The translations under genes and the position numbers were made by a program. Of a DNA stretch of 64,000 bases, positions 19,715-29,063 are shown one piece after another. Source of the stretch: Parcubacteria group bacterium (GTDB lineage: Bacteria > Patescibacteriota > Minisyncoccia > Moranbacterales > UBA9337); assembly GCA_041662245.1 (NCBI GenBank), contig JBAZSW010000005.1, positions 57,837-121,836 on the forward strand, written 5' to 3'. Position 1 is the first letter of the stretch. The number at the start of each line of letters is the position of its first letter. Below the pieces are notes generated by a model. That model saw nothing but the letters and a program-made list of their open reading frames with translations, was not told the DNA's origin and ran no database searches.

Positions 19715-19900
19715 ATGAAAGCAATTTTTAATTTTATCATAGAAGCTAAGGCAGAATTACTAAAGGTTAACTGGCCAACCAAGAAGCAAACTCTAAATTA
19801 TACGTTGATAATAATCGGCGTGAGTTTGGCGGTGGCTCTATTTTTGGGAGGATTAGACTATGCTTTTAGCGGAATTTTGAAAAAGTTTATAATTAAATAG
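19715..19900 (+). CDS. secE: Preprotein translocase subunit SecE
   Basis: ELLKVNWPT plus single TM helix; precedes nusG. Confidence 0.95.
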   Translation: MKAIFNFIIEAKAELLKVNWPTKKQTLNYTLIIIGVSLAVALFLGGLDYAFSGILKKFIIK

Positions 19901-20004
19901 CTAAGATTAGTTCACGGTTATTGGTTGACGGTTCACAGTATTTATTTTTAAATTATTAATAATTTTACTAGTTACTGATTACAAGTTACTAGTTACTAAT
20001 ATAT

Positions 20005-20550
20005 ATGGCAAAACAAAGTCAACATCATGGGCGCGCTTGGTATGTGCTCCATACTTATTCCGGTTACGAAGATAACGTAGCATATAACCTAAAGCAAAGA
20101 ATCGAATCCATGGATATGCAAGATTTAATCTTTGATGTAATTGTTCCTAAAGAAAAAAAGATTAAGATTAAAAGTGGTAAAAGAGTAACGATAGAAGAGA
20201 GGATTTATCCCGGATATGTCCTAGTAGATATGATTGTAACAGACGCTTCTTGGTATGTGGTCAGAAACACACCCAATGTTACAGGATTTATCGGTCTGGG
20301 AACAACTCCAACTCCTATTGATCCAGAAGAAGTAAAGGCTCTTAAAAAGAGAATTGGAGTTTCTGAGCCAAAATATAAATTGGATATTAAAGAAGGAGAA
20401 TCAGTTAAAATTACTGACGGACCGTTTAAGGATCATGATGGTAAGGTAAAAGAAATTGATGAGGAGAGAGGAAAGGTAAAAGTTTCTGTTTCAATCTTTG
20501 GTAGAGAAACACCGGTTGAATTGGACTTTTTACAAATTAAGAAAATATAA
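20005..20550 (+). CDS. nusG: Transcription factor NusG
   Basis: WYVLHTYSGYE, YPGYVLV, KOW, IFGRETPVEL. Confidence 0.97.
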   Translation: MAKQSQHHGRAWYVLHTYSGYEDNVAYNLKQRIESMDMQDLIFDVIVPKEKKIKIKSGKRVTIEERIYPGYVLVDMIVTDASWYVVRNTPNVTGFIGLGTTPTPIDPEEVKALKKRIGVSEPKYKLDIKEGESVKITDGPFKDHDGKVKEIDEERGKVKVSVSIFGRETPVELDFLQIKKI

Positions 20551-20672
20551 TTATTTAGCTTGTAGGTTGTGGGGTTAGCTTTTAGCCAGCTCAAAAATCT
20601 ACTGTCTAAAAAACTAATATACTAATAACAATTAACTACTAGCCACCAGCTACTAGCTAACTATCTAATAAA

Positions 20673-21095
20673 ATGGCAAAGGCAAAAACAGTTATAAAAC
20701 TTCAAATACCCGCCGGAAAAGCAAATCCGGCTCCACCAGTTGGACCAGCTTTGGGACAACATGGTGTTAATATTCAAGATTTTTGTTCTCAATTTAATAA
20801 TAGGAGCCAAGAGAGAATGGGAGATATTGTTCCTGTGGAAATTACAGTGAATGAAGACAGAAGCTTTTCTTTTATTATGAAAACTTCTCCTGCTTCAGAT
20901 TTATTAAAGAAAGCCGCCGGTGTTGAGAAAGGTGCTGGTAATCCATTGAAAGACAAAGTTGGAAAAGTTACCAAAGCTCAGGTAAAAGAAATTGCAGAGA
21001 AAAAGATGGAAGATTTGAACGCTGATGATGTGGAGGCAGCAATGAAAATTATTGAAGGAACTGCTCGTTCAATGGGAATTAAAGTTGAGGGTTAG
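20673..21095 (+). CDS. rplK: 50S ribosomal protein L11
   Basis: [18 protein letters not shown]. Confidence 0.98.
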   Translation: MAKAKTVIKLQIPAGKANPAPPVGPALGQHGVNIQDFCSQFNNRSQERMGDIVPVEITVNEDRSFSFIMKTSPASDLLKKAAGVEKGAGNPLKDKVGKVTKAQVKEIAEKKMEDLNADDVEAAMKIIEGTARSMGIKVEG

Positions 21096-21157
21096 GAATA
21101 TAAGAACTTAGAAATGTAGGAATTTAGGAAATTTAGATATAATAATTTAATTAATTT

Positions 21158-21239
21158 GTGGGAGAAAATTAGTTGAGAATAAAAAGTTAAAAGTTAAATA
21201 TTAACTTTAAGAATTTTACTAACTATTTTCGTTTACCAC
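21158..21239 (+). promoter_or_regulatory. Putative L1-binding autoregulatory RNA element
   Basis: GTGGGAG...CCAC closing helix with extended inner stem just before rplA. Confidence 0.6.
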
Positions 21240-21247
21240 GAAAAAAT

Positions 21248-21919
21248 ATGAGAAGAGGAAAAAAATACAAAGGAATAGCCGAGAAAGTAGAAAGGAATAA
21301 AATTTATTCTTTAGAAGAGGCGTTGGCAATTATCAAAGAAAACAAGGCGGCTAATTTTGATGAATCAGTGGAAGCTCATGTAAAAACTAATATTGATCCT
21401 AAAAAAGGAGATCAACAACTTCGAGGTTCAGTAGTTTTGCCACATGGAACGGGTAAGGCTAAAAGAATTGCGGTTATTACTACTACTAAAGCTAAAGAAG
21501 CTAAAGAAGCTAAAGCAGATATTGTTGGTGGAGAAGAACTAATTGATAATATTAAGAAAGGAAAAATTAATTTTGATATTTTAGTTGCTACTCCAGAAAT
21601 GATGCCTAAACTTGCATCAGTGGCTAAAATTCTTGGACCAAAAGGAATTATGCCTAATCCAAAAACTGATACAGTAACTGATAAGATAAAAGAGGCGGTA
21701 GAAATGCTCAAAAAAGGAAAGGTGAGTTTCAAAAATGACAACACGGGGAATGTTCATCAAGTTTTTGGGAAAGCTTCATTTGAAGTTGCTCAATTAAAAG
21801 AAAATTTGGATGCTCTTCTTGAAGCACTTGAAAAAGCCAAACAAGAAGCAGTAAAAGGAAAATTAATGGAGAAAGTAGTGATTTGTTCTACGATGGGACC
21901 AGGACTACGAATCAAATAA
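21248..21919 (+). CDS. rplA: 50S ribosomal protein L1
   Basis: FDESVE, LPHGTGK, LGPKGIMPNPK, STMGPG. Confidence 0.98.
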   Translation: MRRGKKYKGIAEKVERNKIYSLEEALAIIKENKAANFDESVEAHVKTNIDPKKGDQQLRGSVVLPHGTGKAKRIAVITTTKAKEAKEAKADIVGGEELIDNIKKGKINFDILVATPEMMPKLASVAKILGPKGIMPNPKTDTVTDKIKEAVEMLKKGKVSFKNDNTGNVHQVFGKASFEVAQLKENLDALLEALEKAKQEAVKGKLMEKVVICSTMGPGLRIK

Positions 21920-22068
21920 TTTTCAAAAAAACTTCATATAAAAAAACTGCTCTGAAATATGGGTGGTTTTTTGTTTGGCGCGAAGGGCTTGCTGTGTATA
22001 TTTTTAATTTTTTAATAGTTTATTGCTAAAATGTTTTATGTTTTATGTTTTTATGCTATTATTCAAAT

Positions 22069-22500
22069 ATGGAAAATAAAATAGTAATCTACACAGACGG
22101 TGGTTCGCGGGGCAATCCTGGGCCGGCCGGAATTGGTGTTTGGATTGAAACATTAAATAAGAAATATGGAGAGTGTATCGGAATAAAAACCAACAATGAT
22201 GCTGAATACGAAGCATTGATTTTTGGTTTGAAAAAAGTTAAAGCACTTTTGGGAAAAACTAAGGCCAAACAATTTAAAATTGAGTGTTATGCTGATAGTG
22301 AGCTAATGGTCAAACAACTCAATCATATTTATAAGCTTAAAGAAGAAAGAATTCAAAAATATTTTATTGAAATTTGGAATTTAATATTAGATTTTAAAAC
22401 AGTTAAATTTAATCATGTTCCACGTGAAAAAAATACTATAGCGGATGGGATGGTTAATGAGGCGTTGGATGGGAAATGCAAGCAAGAAAGCCTGCTGTAA
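22069..22500 (+). CDS. rnhA: Ribonuclease HI family protein
   Basis: YTDGGSRGNPGPAG, TNNDAEYEAL, DSEL, HVPREKN. Confidence 0.92.
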   Translation: MENKIVIYTDGGSRGNPGPAGIGVWIETLNKKYGECIGIKTNNDAEYEALIFGLKKVKALLGKTKAKQFKIECYADSELMVKQLNHIYKLKEERIQKYFIEIWNLILDFKTVKFNHVPREKNTIADGMVNEALDGKCKQESLL

Positions 22501-22537
22501 GTGTGAATTATGAATCAAGAATTAAGAATTATGAATT

Positions 22538-22933
22538 ATGGAAAACAAAAAAGAAAAAATAAAATCATTTACTGATTTAAACGCTTGGAGAGAAGGACAT
22601 AAGTTGGTTTTAGAAATTTATAATATAACGAAACTATTTCCTGAAGATGAGAGATTTGGTTTAATTTCTCAGATGAGAAGATGTGCAGTTTCTATAACAT
22701 CAAATATCGCAGAGGGTTTTAGCCGTAAGGGTATGAAGGAAAAAATTCAGTTTTATCATATATCTCTTGGATCTATAACAGAATTGCAAAATCAGCTATT
22801 GATCTGTAGAGATTTAAAAATTTTAGATAATGATAAATTTAAAAAAATAGCCCAGCAGACGACGCTGGTACAAAAAATTACCAACGGATTAATCAAGTCA
22901 ACAAAATATATGAATTCTGAATTTAATTCATAA
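22538..22933 (+). CDS. Four helix bundle protein (23S rRNA IVP / Avd-like family)
   Basis: FTDLNAW, FPEDERFGLISQMRRCAVSITSNIAEG. Confidence 0.92.
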   Translation: MENKKEKIKSFTDLNAWREGHKLVLEIYNITKLFPEDERFGLISQMRRCAVSITSNIAEGFSRKGMKEKIQFYHISLGSITELQNQLLICRDLKILDNDKFKKIAQQTTLVQKITNGLIKSTKYMNSEFNS

Positions 22934-22956
22934 TTCTTAATTCACGTAAAATAAAT

Positions 22957-23970
22957 ATGAAAAGAAGAAAAAAAATAATAATTTGGGTAGTAATATTGGC
23001 AGTTTTAGGTGCAGGAGCCTATTATTATTTCAAGCCCAAAAAAACTGGTCTAGAATATACTACCGAAAAAGTAGCTAAGGCAGATATTAAACAGACAGTT
23101 TCTGTAACGGGAGAAGTGAGCGATATCAGCAGATTAGACATTACTCCTGAGATAAGTGGGACGGTAGATGAATTGTTAGTAAAAGTTGGAGACAAGGTTA
23201 TTAAAGGACAAAAAATTGCCAAGATAAATGATTCCGTTGTGCGGTCACAGTTAAATGAGTCAATGATTGCCCTTCAAACTCAGCAAGAGCAATTAACTTT
23301 AAAAAGAAGAAAATGGGAATCTCTGGCTCCCGAGGAAAGGGAGTTGGCAAAACTAGCTGTGGAGAGTGCTCGGGCGGCCACGTGGACGATTCAAAAGCAA
23401 CTTAAAAAAAATGTAGTCTATGCCCCCGTAGATGGAATAGTCACAAAAAAATATTTAGAAGTAGGAGAGATGGCTTCAGTGGCAACTCCTATAGTAACTA
23501 TTTCTGGAGAAAAAGGTTTTGAAATTAAAGCTAATATTCCAGAGTCAGATATTAATAAAATTGAAATAGGACAAAAAGGGAAATCAACTTTTGATGCTTT
23601 TCTTTCAGATGAAATATTTGAATTTGAAGTTACTGAAATTGAGCCAGCTGCAACCATTATTCAAGACGTGGTTTATTATGAGGTGACTTTTAAAATTTTA
23701 ACTCAAGATAATCGTATTAAATCAGGAATGAGTACAGATATTGATATTTTAACAGATGAAAAGAAAGATGTTTTGGCAGTTTCTAATCAAGCTATTAAAA
23801 ATGATGAAGGTAATCGATATGTGGAAGTTTTGGAATTAAAAGACAAGGTCAAAACTACTAGAAAAATAAATGTAAAAGCAGGATTAAGAGGAGATGATGG
23901 AATGACGGAAATTATTTCGGGATTAAATGGTGGTGAGGAAGTAATAACTTTTACAAAGGAAGCTAAATAA
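22957..23970 (+). CDS. Efflux periplasmic adaptor subunit (MacA-like)
   Basis: N-terminal TM helix, lipoyl halves (ISGTVDELLVKVGD; APVDGIV). Confidence 0.9.
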   Translation: MKRRKKIIIWVVILAVLGAGAYYYFKPKKTGLEYTTEKVAKADIKQTVSVTGEVSDISRLDITPEISGTVDELLVKVGDKVIKGQKIAKINDSVVRSQLNESMIALQTQQEQLTLKRRKWESLAPEERELAKLAVESARAATWTIQKQLKKNVVYAPVDGIVTKKYLEVGEMASVATPIVTISGEKGFEIKANIPESDINKIEIGQKGKSTFDAFLSDEIFEFEVTEIEPAATIIQDVVYYEVTFKILTQDNRIKSGMSTDIDILTDEKKDVLAVSNQAIKNDEGNRYVEVLELKDKVKTTRKINVKAGLRGDDGMTEIISGLNGGEEVITFTKEAK

Positions 23971-24030
23971 GAACTTAGGAATGCAAGAATTTAGGAATCT
24001 AGGAATATAAAAAATTAGGTGTTTAGAAAT

Positions 24031-24408
24031 ATGGGAAATGAAAAGATAAAGGATTTTACAGACTTAATCGTTTGGAAAGAGGGACATAAATTGGTATTAA
24101 TGATTTATGATGCTACAAATAACTTTCCTAAAAATGAAAGATTTGGTTTAGTTTCTCAGATGAGGAGATGCGCAGTTTCCATTACATCTAATATTGCAGA
24201 AGGATTTGGAAGAAAAGGATACAAAGAGAAACTGCAATTTTATTATGTGTCATCAGGATCGCTTAGCGAATTGAAAAATCAGACTTTAATTGCTAAAGAT
24301 GTAAAATATTTATCCGAAAAATCTTTTATTGATATTATGCAACGAGCTGATTCTACGCACAAACTTTTAAATTTATTTATATCGAAAACAAAAACATTTG
24401 TATCTTGA
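24031..24408 (+). CDS. Four helix bundle protein
   Basis: FTDLIVW, FPKNERFGLVSQMRRCAVSITSNIAEG. Confidence 0.92.
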   Translation: MGNEKIKDFTDLIVWKEGHKLVLMIYDATNNFPKNERFGLVSQMRRCAVSITSNIAEGFGRKGYKEKLQFYYVSSGSLSELKNQTLIAKDVKYLSEKSFIDIMQRADSTHKLLNLFISKTKTFVS

Positions 24409-24475
24409 GTTTTTACATTTACAAATTCCAAAATTTTTAGTCTCTTAAATTCATATATTCTTAACTTCTCAAAAA

Positions 24476-25204
24476 ATGTCAACTCCATTAATTCAAATAA
24501 AAAATCTAACTAAAACTTACATTAACGGTGAAGTGGAAACTTTGGCGTTGGGCAAAAATTCTTTTAATATAGAAAAGGGAGAATTTGTTTCCATTATGGG
24601 CCCGAGCGGTAGTGGTAAATCAACCTTGATGCAAATGCTAGGACTTTTGGATAAGCCCAGTGGAGGGGAATATTTTTTAGAGGGTAAAAATACAAGAGAT
24701 TTTTCAGATGATATTTTGGCCGAAACTAGAAATAGTAAAATTGGTTTTGTTTTTCAAACCTTTAATCTCTTGCCTCGCACTAGCGTATATGAAAATGTCG
24801 AATTGCCCCTTCTGTATAATAGAGATATTAGTAGCAGTATTAATGAAAAGAAAATTACCGAAGCTTTAAAATCAGTGGGGATGGAACATCGAACTAGCTA
24901 TCTTTCTAATCAGCTTTCTGGAGGAGAAAAACAAAGAGTAGCTATCGCACGAGCGTTGGTAACTGATCCAGAGATAATTTTTGCTGATGAGCCAACAGGA
25001 AATTTAGATTCAAAAAGTGGAACCCAAATAATGGAAATTTTACAAAAACTGAATAATGAAGGAAAAACGATTATCTTGGTAACACATGAAACTTTTACTG
25101 CTCAACATGCTAAAAGAATTTTAAATGTAAAAGATGGTTTGATAATTTCTGACGAAATAGTAAAAGATAGAAAAATTGCCCAAGATGGAGAACTGCTAAA
25201 ATAA
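24476..25204 (+). CDS. ABC transporter ATP-binding protein (MacB/LolD-like)
   Basis: [33 protein letters not shown]. Confidence 0.95.
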   Translation: MSTPLIQIKNLTKTYINGEVETLALGKNSFNIEKGEFVSIMGPSGSGKSTLMQMLGLLDKPSGGEYFLEGKNTRDFSDDILAETRNSKIGFVFQTFNLLPRTSVYENVELPLLYNRDISSSINEKKITEALKSVGMEHRTSYLSNQLSGGEKQRVAIARALVTDPEIIFADEPTGNLDSKSGTQIMEILQKLNNEGKTIILVTHETFTAQHAKRILNVKDGLIISDEIVKDRKIAQDGELLK

Positions 25205-25318
25205 TTTCGAATTTCGAATTTCGAATTTCGATTGAATTTTAAATGAAATAATGTTTAAAAAATTAAAACATTAGAATTTGATTCAAAATTAAAAATTCTA
25301 AATTTAAAATTATTTGAA

Positions 25319-26566
25319 ATGCACATATTTATTCCCATAAAAATTTCTCTTAAAAATTTAATGGCGGCTAAATTCCGTTCTTTTTTAACTATTTTGGGAA
25401 TTATTATTGGGGTAGCTTCGGTGATTATTATTTTTGCTGTAGGGCAAAGTGCTCAAGAATTAATCCTTGATCAAATTAGGGGAGTGGGTTCAAATTTGGT
25501 GGGTGTTTTGCCAGGTGCCTCAGATGAAAAAGGTCCTCCTGCCTCGGCCATGGGCATAGTGATTACAACCTTGAAGTATAATGATTTTTTGGAACTTAAA
25601 AAACCAAAAAATGTAACTGGAGTAATGGCGGGGGCGGGTTATGTAATGGGAACGGCTACCATAGAAAATGATGGGACAGAACTGGGTATGTCTTTTACGG
25701 GCGTTACATCGCAGTATCCAGAAGTTGAAAGTACCGGAATGAGTGATGGAAGATTTTTTATTGAAGAAGAGGAAGTTAATTTATCCAAAGTTGTTGTTTT
25801 GGGAAAAACGGCAGCCAAGGATATTTTTGGAGATTCTGATCCAATAGGAAAAAAAATAAAAATTAATGATTATAAATTTACTGTAGTGGGGGTTCTCAAA
25901 GAAAGATCTTCAGCCGCTTTTGGTATGGCTAGTCAGGATGAAGCGGTTTTTGTCCCACTCTTTACAGCCCAAAAACTGCTTTTGGGTATCAATCATTTGG
26001 CTTACGTCAGGTTAAAAATAGATTCAATAGAGAATATTCCTATTGCCAAAGAAGATATTGCTATTACTCTCAGAAATCAGCATGATATTGAGGATCCAGA
26101 TGATGATGATTTTTCAGTTCGAGATCAGGCATCAGCTATAGATATAATAAGTACAATAACTAATGCCATGCGTTATTTTCTTTTGTCAGTAGGAACGATT
26201 TCTTTAATTGTGGGCGGAGTAGGGGTGATGAATGTGATGTTGATAGCTGTTAATCAAAGGATAAAAGAGGTGGGACTCCGAAAAGCAGTGGGGGCAAAAA
26301 ATAGTGATGTAATGCTTCAATTTTTAATTGAATCCGCCACGATATCTTTTATGGGAGGATTAATCGGAATAATCATTGGGATATCTTTTTCTTTTGGTGC
26401 CTCATTGATGATAAACTCATTGGGATATGATTGGAAATTTATTATTTCTCCCAGTTCGATTGTGATTGCTGCAACTGTTTCTATTATGATTGGAATAATT
26501 TTCGGTTTGTATCCAGCTTTAAAGGCAGCCAAAATTAGTCCGATGGAAGCTTTGCGTTATGAATAG
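25319..26566 (+). CDS. ABC transporter permease (MacB/FtsX type)
   Basis: RSFLTILGIIIGVASVI, GGVGVMNVM, GLRKAVGA, PMEALRYE. Confidence 0.93.
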   Translation: MHIFIPIKISLKNLMAAKFRSFLTILGIIIGVASVIIIFAVGQSAQELILDQIRGVGSNLVGVLPGASDEKGPPASAMGIVITTLKYNDFLELKKPKNVTGVMAGAGYVMGTATIENDGTELGMSFTGVTSQYPEVESTGMSDGRFFIEEEEVNLSKVVVLGKTAAKDIFGDSDPIGKKIKINDYKFTVVGVLKERSSAAFGMASQDEAVFVPLFTAQKLLLGINHLAYVRLKIDSIENIPIAKEDIAITLRNQHDIEDPDDDDFSVRDQASAIDIISTITNAMRYFLLSVGTISLIVGGVGVMNVMLIAVNQRIKEVGLRKAVGAKNSDVMLQFLIESATISFMGGLIGIIIGISFSFGASLMINSLGYDWKFIISPSSIVIAATVSIMIGIIFGLYPALKAAKISPMEALRYE

Positions 26567-26622
26567 TTTTAATTAAAAATTAAAAGTGCAAAATTAAAAG
26601 TTGCAATCCAAAATTAAAATTT

Positions 26623-27000
26623 ATGGAAAAGGAAGAATTTAAAAAAATGTTAAAATTAAGAGCCTTCAATCTGGCTCGAAATATAATGAAATTAACAGAT
26701 AGATTTCCTCAAAAAAGATCTGCTTGGGTAATAGCTGATCAATTACTTCGTTCCGCCACTAGTATTGGAGCCAATATAATAGAGGCACAAGCGGCCAGTT
26801 CAAAAAGAGATTTTATAAATTTTTTAAACCATGCACTAAAGAGTGGCAATGAAACCAAATTTTGGTTGGCATTAGCTAAAGATTTGGATGATAAATTAGT
26901 TCCAGAAATAGAAAAACAACTCAAAGAAACTGATGAGCTAGTAAGAATACTAGGTTCTAGCATAACAACTTTAAAAGGTAAGAAAACTTTGAATTGTTAA
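26623..27000 (+). CDS. Four helix bundle protein (second subtype)
   Basis: QLLRSATSIGANIIEAQAASSKRDF, ETKFWL. Confidence 0.92.
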   Translation: MEKEEFKKMLKLRAFNLARNIMKLTDRFPQKRSAWVIADQLLRSATSIGANIIEAQAASSKRDFINFLNHALKSGNETKFWLALAKDLDDKLVPEIEKQLKETDELVRILGSSITTLKGKKTLNC

Positions 27001-27043
27001 CTGTAATTTTTAACTTTGCATTTTTAAATTTTAATTTAATAAC

Positions 27044-28321
27044 GTGAATAAATTTTTTATTTCAATTAAACTCGCTTTAAGAAATCTTTATGGCAATAAG
27101 GTGCGAACCGCTTTATCGCTTTTGGGTATTGTTATTGGAGTGACTTCAGTGATTTTGATTTTAGCTTTAGGTAATGGTTTGAGAAATTTTGTTACTGATC
27201 AGGTAGAGAGCTTTGGAACAGATATTGTGCAGATAGAGATCAAAGTTCCCAAAACTTCTCATGTTTCTTCAGAAAATATGGGGGCGATGGCTGGGGGAAC
27301 TCAAATTACTACTCTTAAAATAGAAGAGTTGGAAGAAGTGGCTAAGTTGGCTAATCTAGGTGATTGGTATGCAGGAATATTGGGTCAGCAAATTGTTACG
27401 CGAGAGGATGAAAATGAGCAAACTTATATTTTTGGTGTGACTAGTGGGATGATGGAGGCAGACAGTGGGGCAGAGCTGGAAAAGGGAACATTTTTTACCG
27501 ATGAGGATGATAGAGATTTAAAACAGGTAGCTATCTTGGGAAGCAAAACTAAAGATTTATTTTTCCCCAATGAGGAAGCTGTGGGCCAAAGTATTAAAAT
27601 TGGAAAAAATAAATATAAGGTTATTGGTGTGGTGAAAGAGCGGAGCTCGAGTGGTGGTTTTGATTTTAATAAAATTGTTTACATTCCAGTCAAGACTCTC
27701 CAAAAAAAGATAATGGGAATTAAACATGTGCAATTTGCTATTTTTAAAATAAAAAATATGGAAATTGTTGATCAAACTATGGAAGAAATGCGTTCTATTA
27801 TGCGAGATAAACATGATATAGAATATGAGAATGAGAAGGATAAAAAAGAAGGCATTGATGATGATTTTGCTATAATGTCGATAGCTGAAGCTAAGGAAAT
27901 TTTAGATAAAGTTTTTAATATTATTGATTATTTACTTTTAGCTCTAGTTTCGATTTCTCTGATAGTGGGAGGCGTAGGAATAATGAATGTGATGTATGTG
28001 GCAGTAGCTGAACGAACTCAAGAGATAGGCCTAAGAAAAGCGGTGGGGGCTAGAAATAGTGATGTGCTTTGGCAATTTATTTTTGAAGCAATATTTTTAA
28101 CTTTGTTAGGTGGCGCTGTGGGGATAATTTTGGGAATTTTATTTGCTGAATTAGCCACCTATTTAATTGCTCAATATAACTATAATATTATTTTTGGGGT
28201 TACTGGCCGGTCAGTATTTATCGCAGTGGGATTTTCTATGATCACGGGAATAGTTTTTGGGTTTTACCCTGCCAAAAGAGCTTCTCAGTTAACTCCCGCT
28301 GAGGCATTACGCAAAGAATAA
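27044..28321 (+). CDS. ABC transporter permease (MacB/FtsX type)
   Basis: RTALSLLGIVIGV, GGVGIMNVM, PAEALRKE. Confidence 0.93.
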   Translation: MNKFFISIKLALRNLYGNKVRTALSLLGIVIGVTSVILILALGNGLRNFVTDQVESFGTDIVQIEIKVPKTSHVSSENMGAMAGGTQITTLKIEELEEVAKLANLGDWYAGILGQQIVTREDENEQTYIFGVTSGMMEADSGAELEKGTFFTDEDDRDLKQVAILGSKTKDLFFPNEEAVGQSIKIGKNKYKVIGVVKERSSSGGFDFNKIVYIPVKTLQKKIMGIKHVQFAIFKIKNMEIVDQTMEEMRSIMRDKHDIEYENEKDKKEGIDDDFAIMSIAEAKEILDKVFNIIDYLLLALVSISLIVGGVGIMNVMYVAVAERTQEIGLRKAVGARNSDVLWQFIFEAIFLTLLGGAVGIILGILFAELATYLIAQYNYNIIFGVTGRSVFIAVGFSMITGIVFGFYPAKRASQLTPAEALRKE

Positions 28322-28379
28322 CTTAAAATATAAATTTTATTTCAGTTGTCTTTTTAGACGGTTCCGTGTAAGATTTAAA

Positions 28380-29012
28380 ATGGTTATGAACAGATACGAA
28401 TCTACACAATATAAATTATCAATAGCTCTGAAGATAATGATAGGAGCTTTGGTTTTAATTAGTGCTTTCCGGCAGGAGCTTTTTCTGACTTCTGTTTCTT
28501 TAACTGTTTTGTTTTTTTCTTTTATGCCCACTATTGTGAGCAAGAATTATCGAATAAGATTACCTATTGAAGTTGATTTTATTGTAACATTGTTGCTTTA
28601 TTTGCATTTTGTTTTAGGGGAATATGATCATTTTTATTTAAAATTTCCTTGGTGGGATCTTCTTTTGCATAGTGGGAATAGTATAATTCTTGGTTTTTTG
28701 GGTTTCATTTTGGCCTATTCACTGATGCTTACCAGCAAGATGTCTACTAAGCCAATATTGGCCTCTCTTTTCTCATTGTCTTTTGCGGTTTTTATTGGAG
28801 TACTTTGGGAGATTTTTGAATTTAGTATGGATTATTTTTTTGGTTTTAGCATGCAAAAAAGTGGATTAGTGGATACTATGACTGATTTGATGATGGATGT
28901 GGTGGGTGGAGCAGTAGTGAGCGTGGCGGGATTTTTTTATATGAAAAAAAAGAAAGAAGGACTTTTTAGTAGATTGTTGCGGAAATTTTTAGAACATAAG
29001 TATAGGGACTGA
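28380..29012 (+). CDS. Conserved membrane protein (DUF2238-like)
   Basis: WWDLLLH, LWEIFEF, DTMTDL motifs. Confidence 0.7.
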   Translation: MVMNRYESTQYKLSIALKIMIGALVLISAFRQELFLTSVSLTVLFFSFMPTIVSKNYRIRLPIEVDFIVTLLLYLHFVLGEYDHFYLKFPWWDLLLHSGNSIILGFLGFILAYSLMLTSKMSTKPILASLFSLSFAVFIGVLWEIFEFSMDYFFGFSMQKSGLVDTMTDLMMDVVGGAVVSVAGFFYMKKKKEGLFSRLLRKFLEHKYRD

Positions 29013-29063
29013 AATTAGATTTATTTATTTTATAAGTACAGTAAGTAGTGTTAAAATTATATT

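Noticed and set aside
19380-19715. tRNA gene expected before secE
   Set aside because: No cloverleaf or TTCGA T-arm found; no tRNA or rRNA was recognised anywhere in the window
22538-27000. Diversity-generating retroelement suggested by Avd-like genes
   Set aside because: No reverse transcriptase and no template/variable repeat pair with adenine-specific mismatches; the 443-bp pilin repeat is exact
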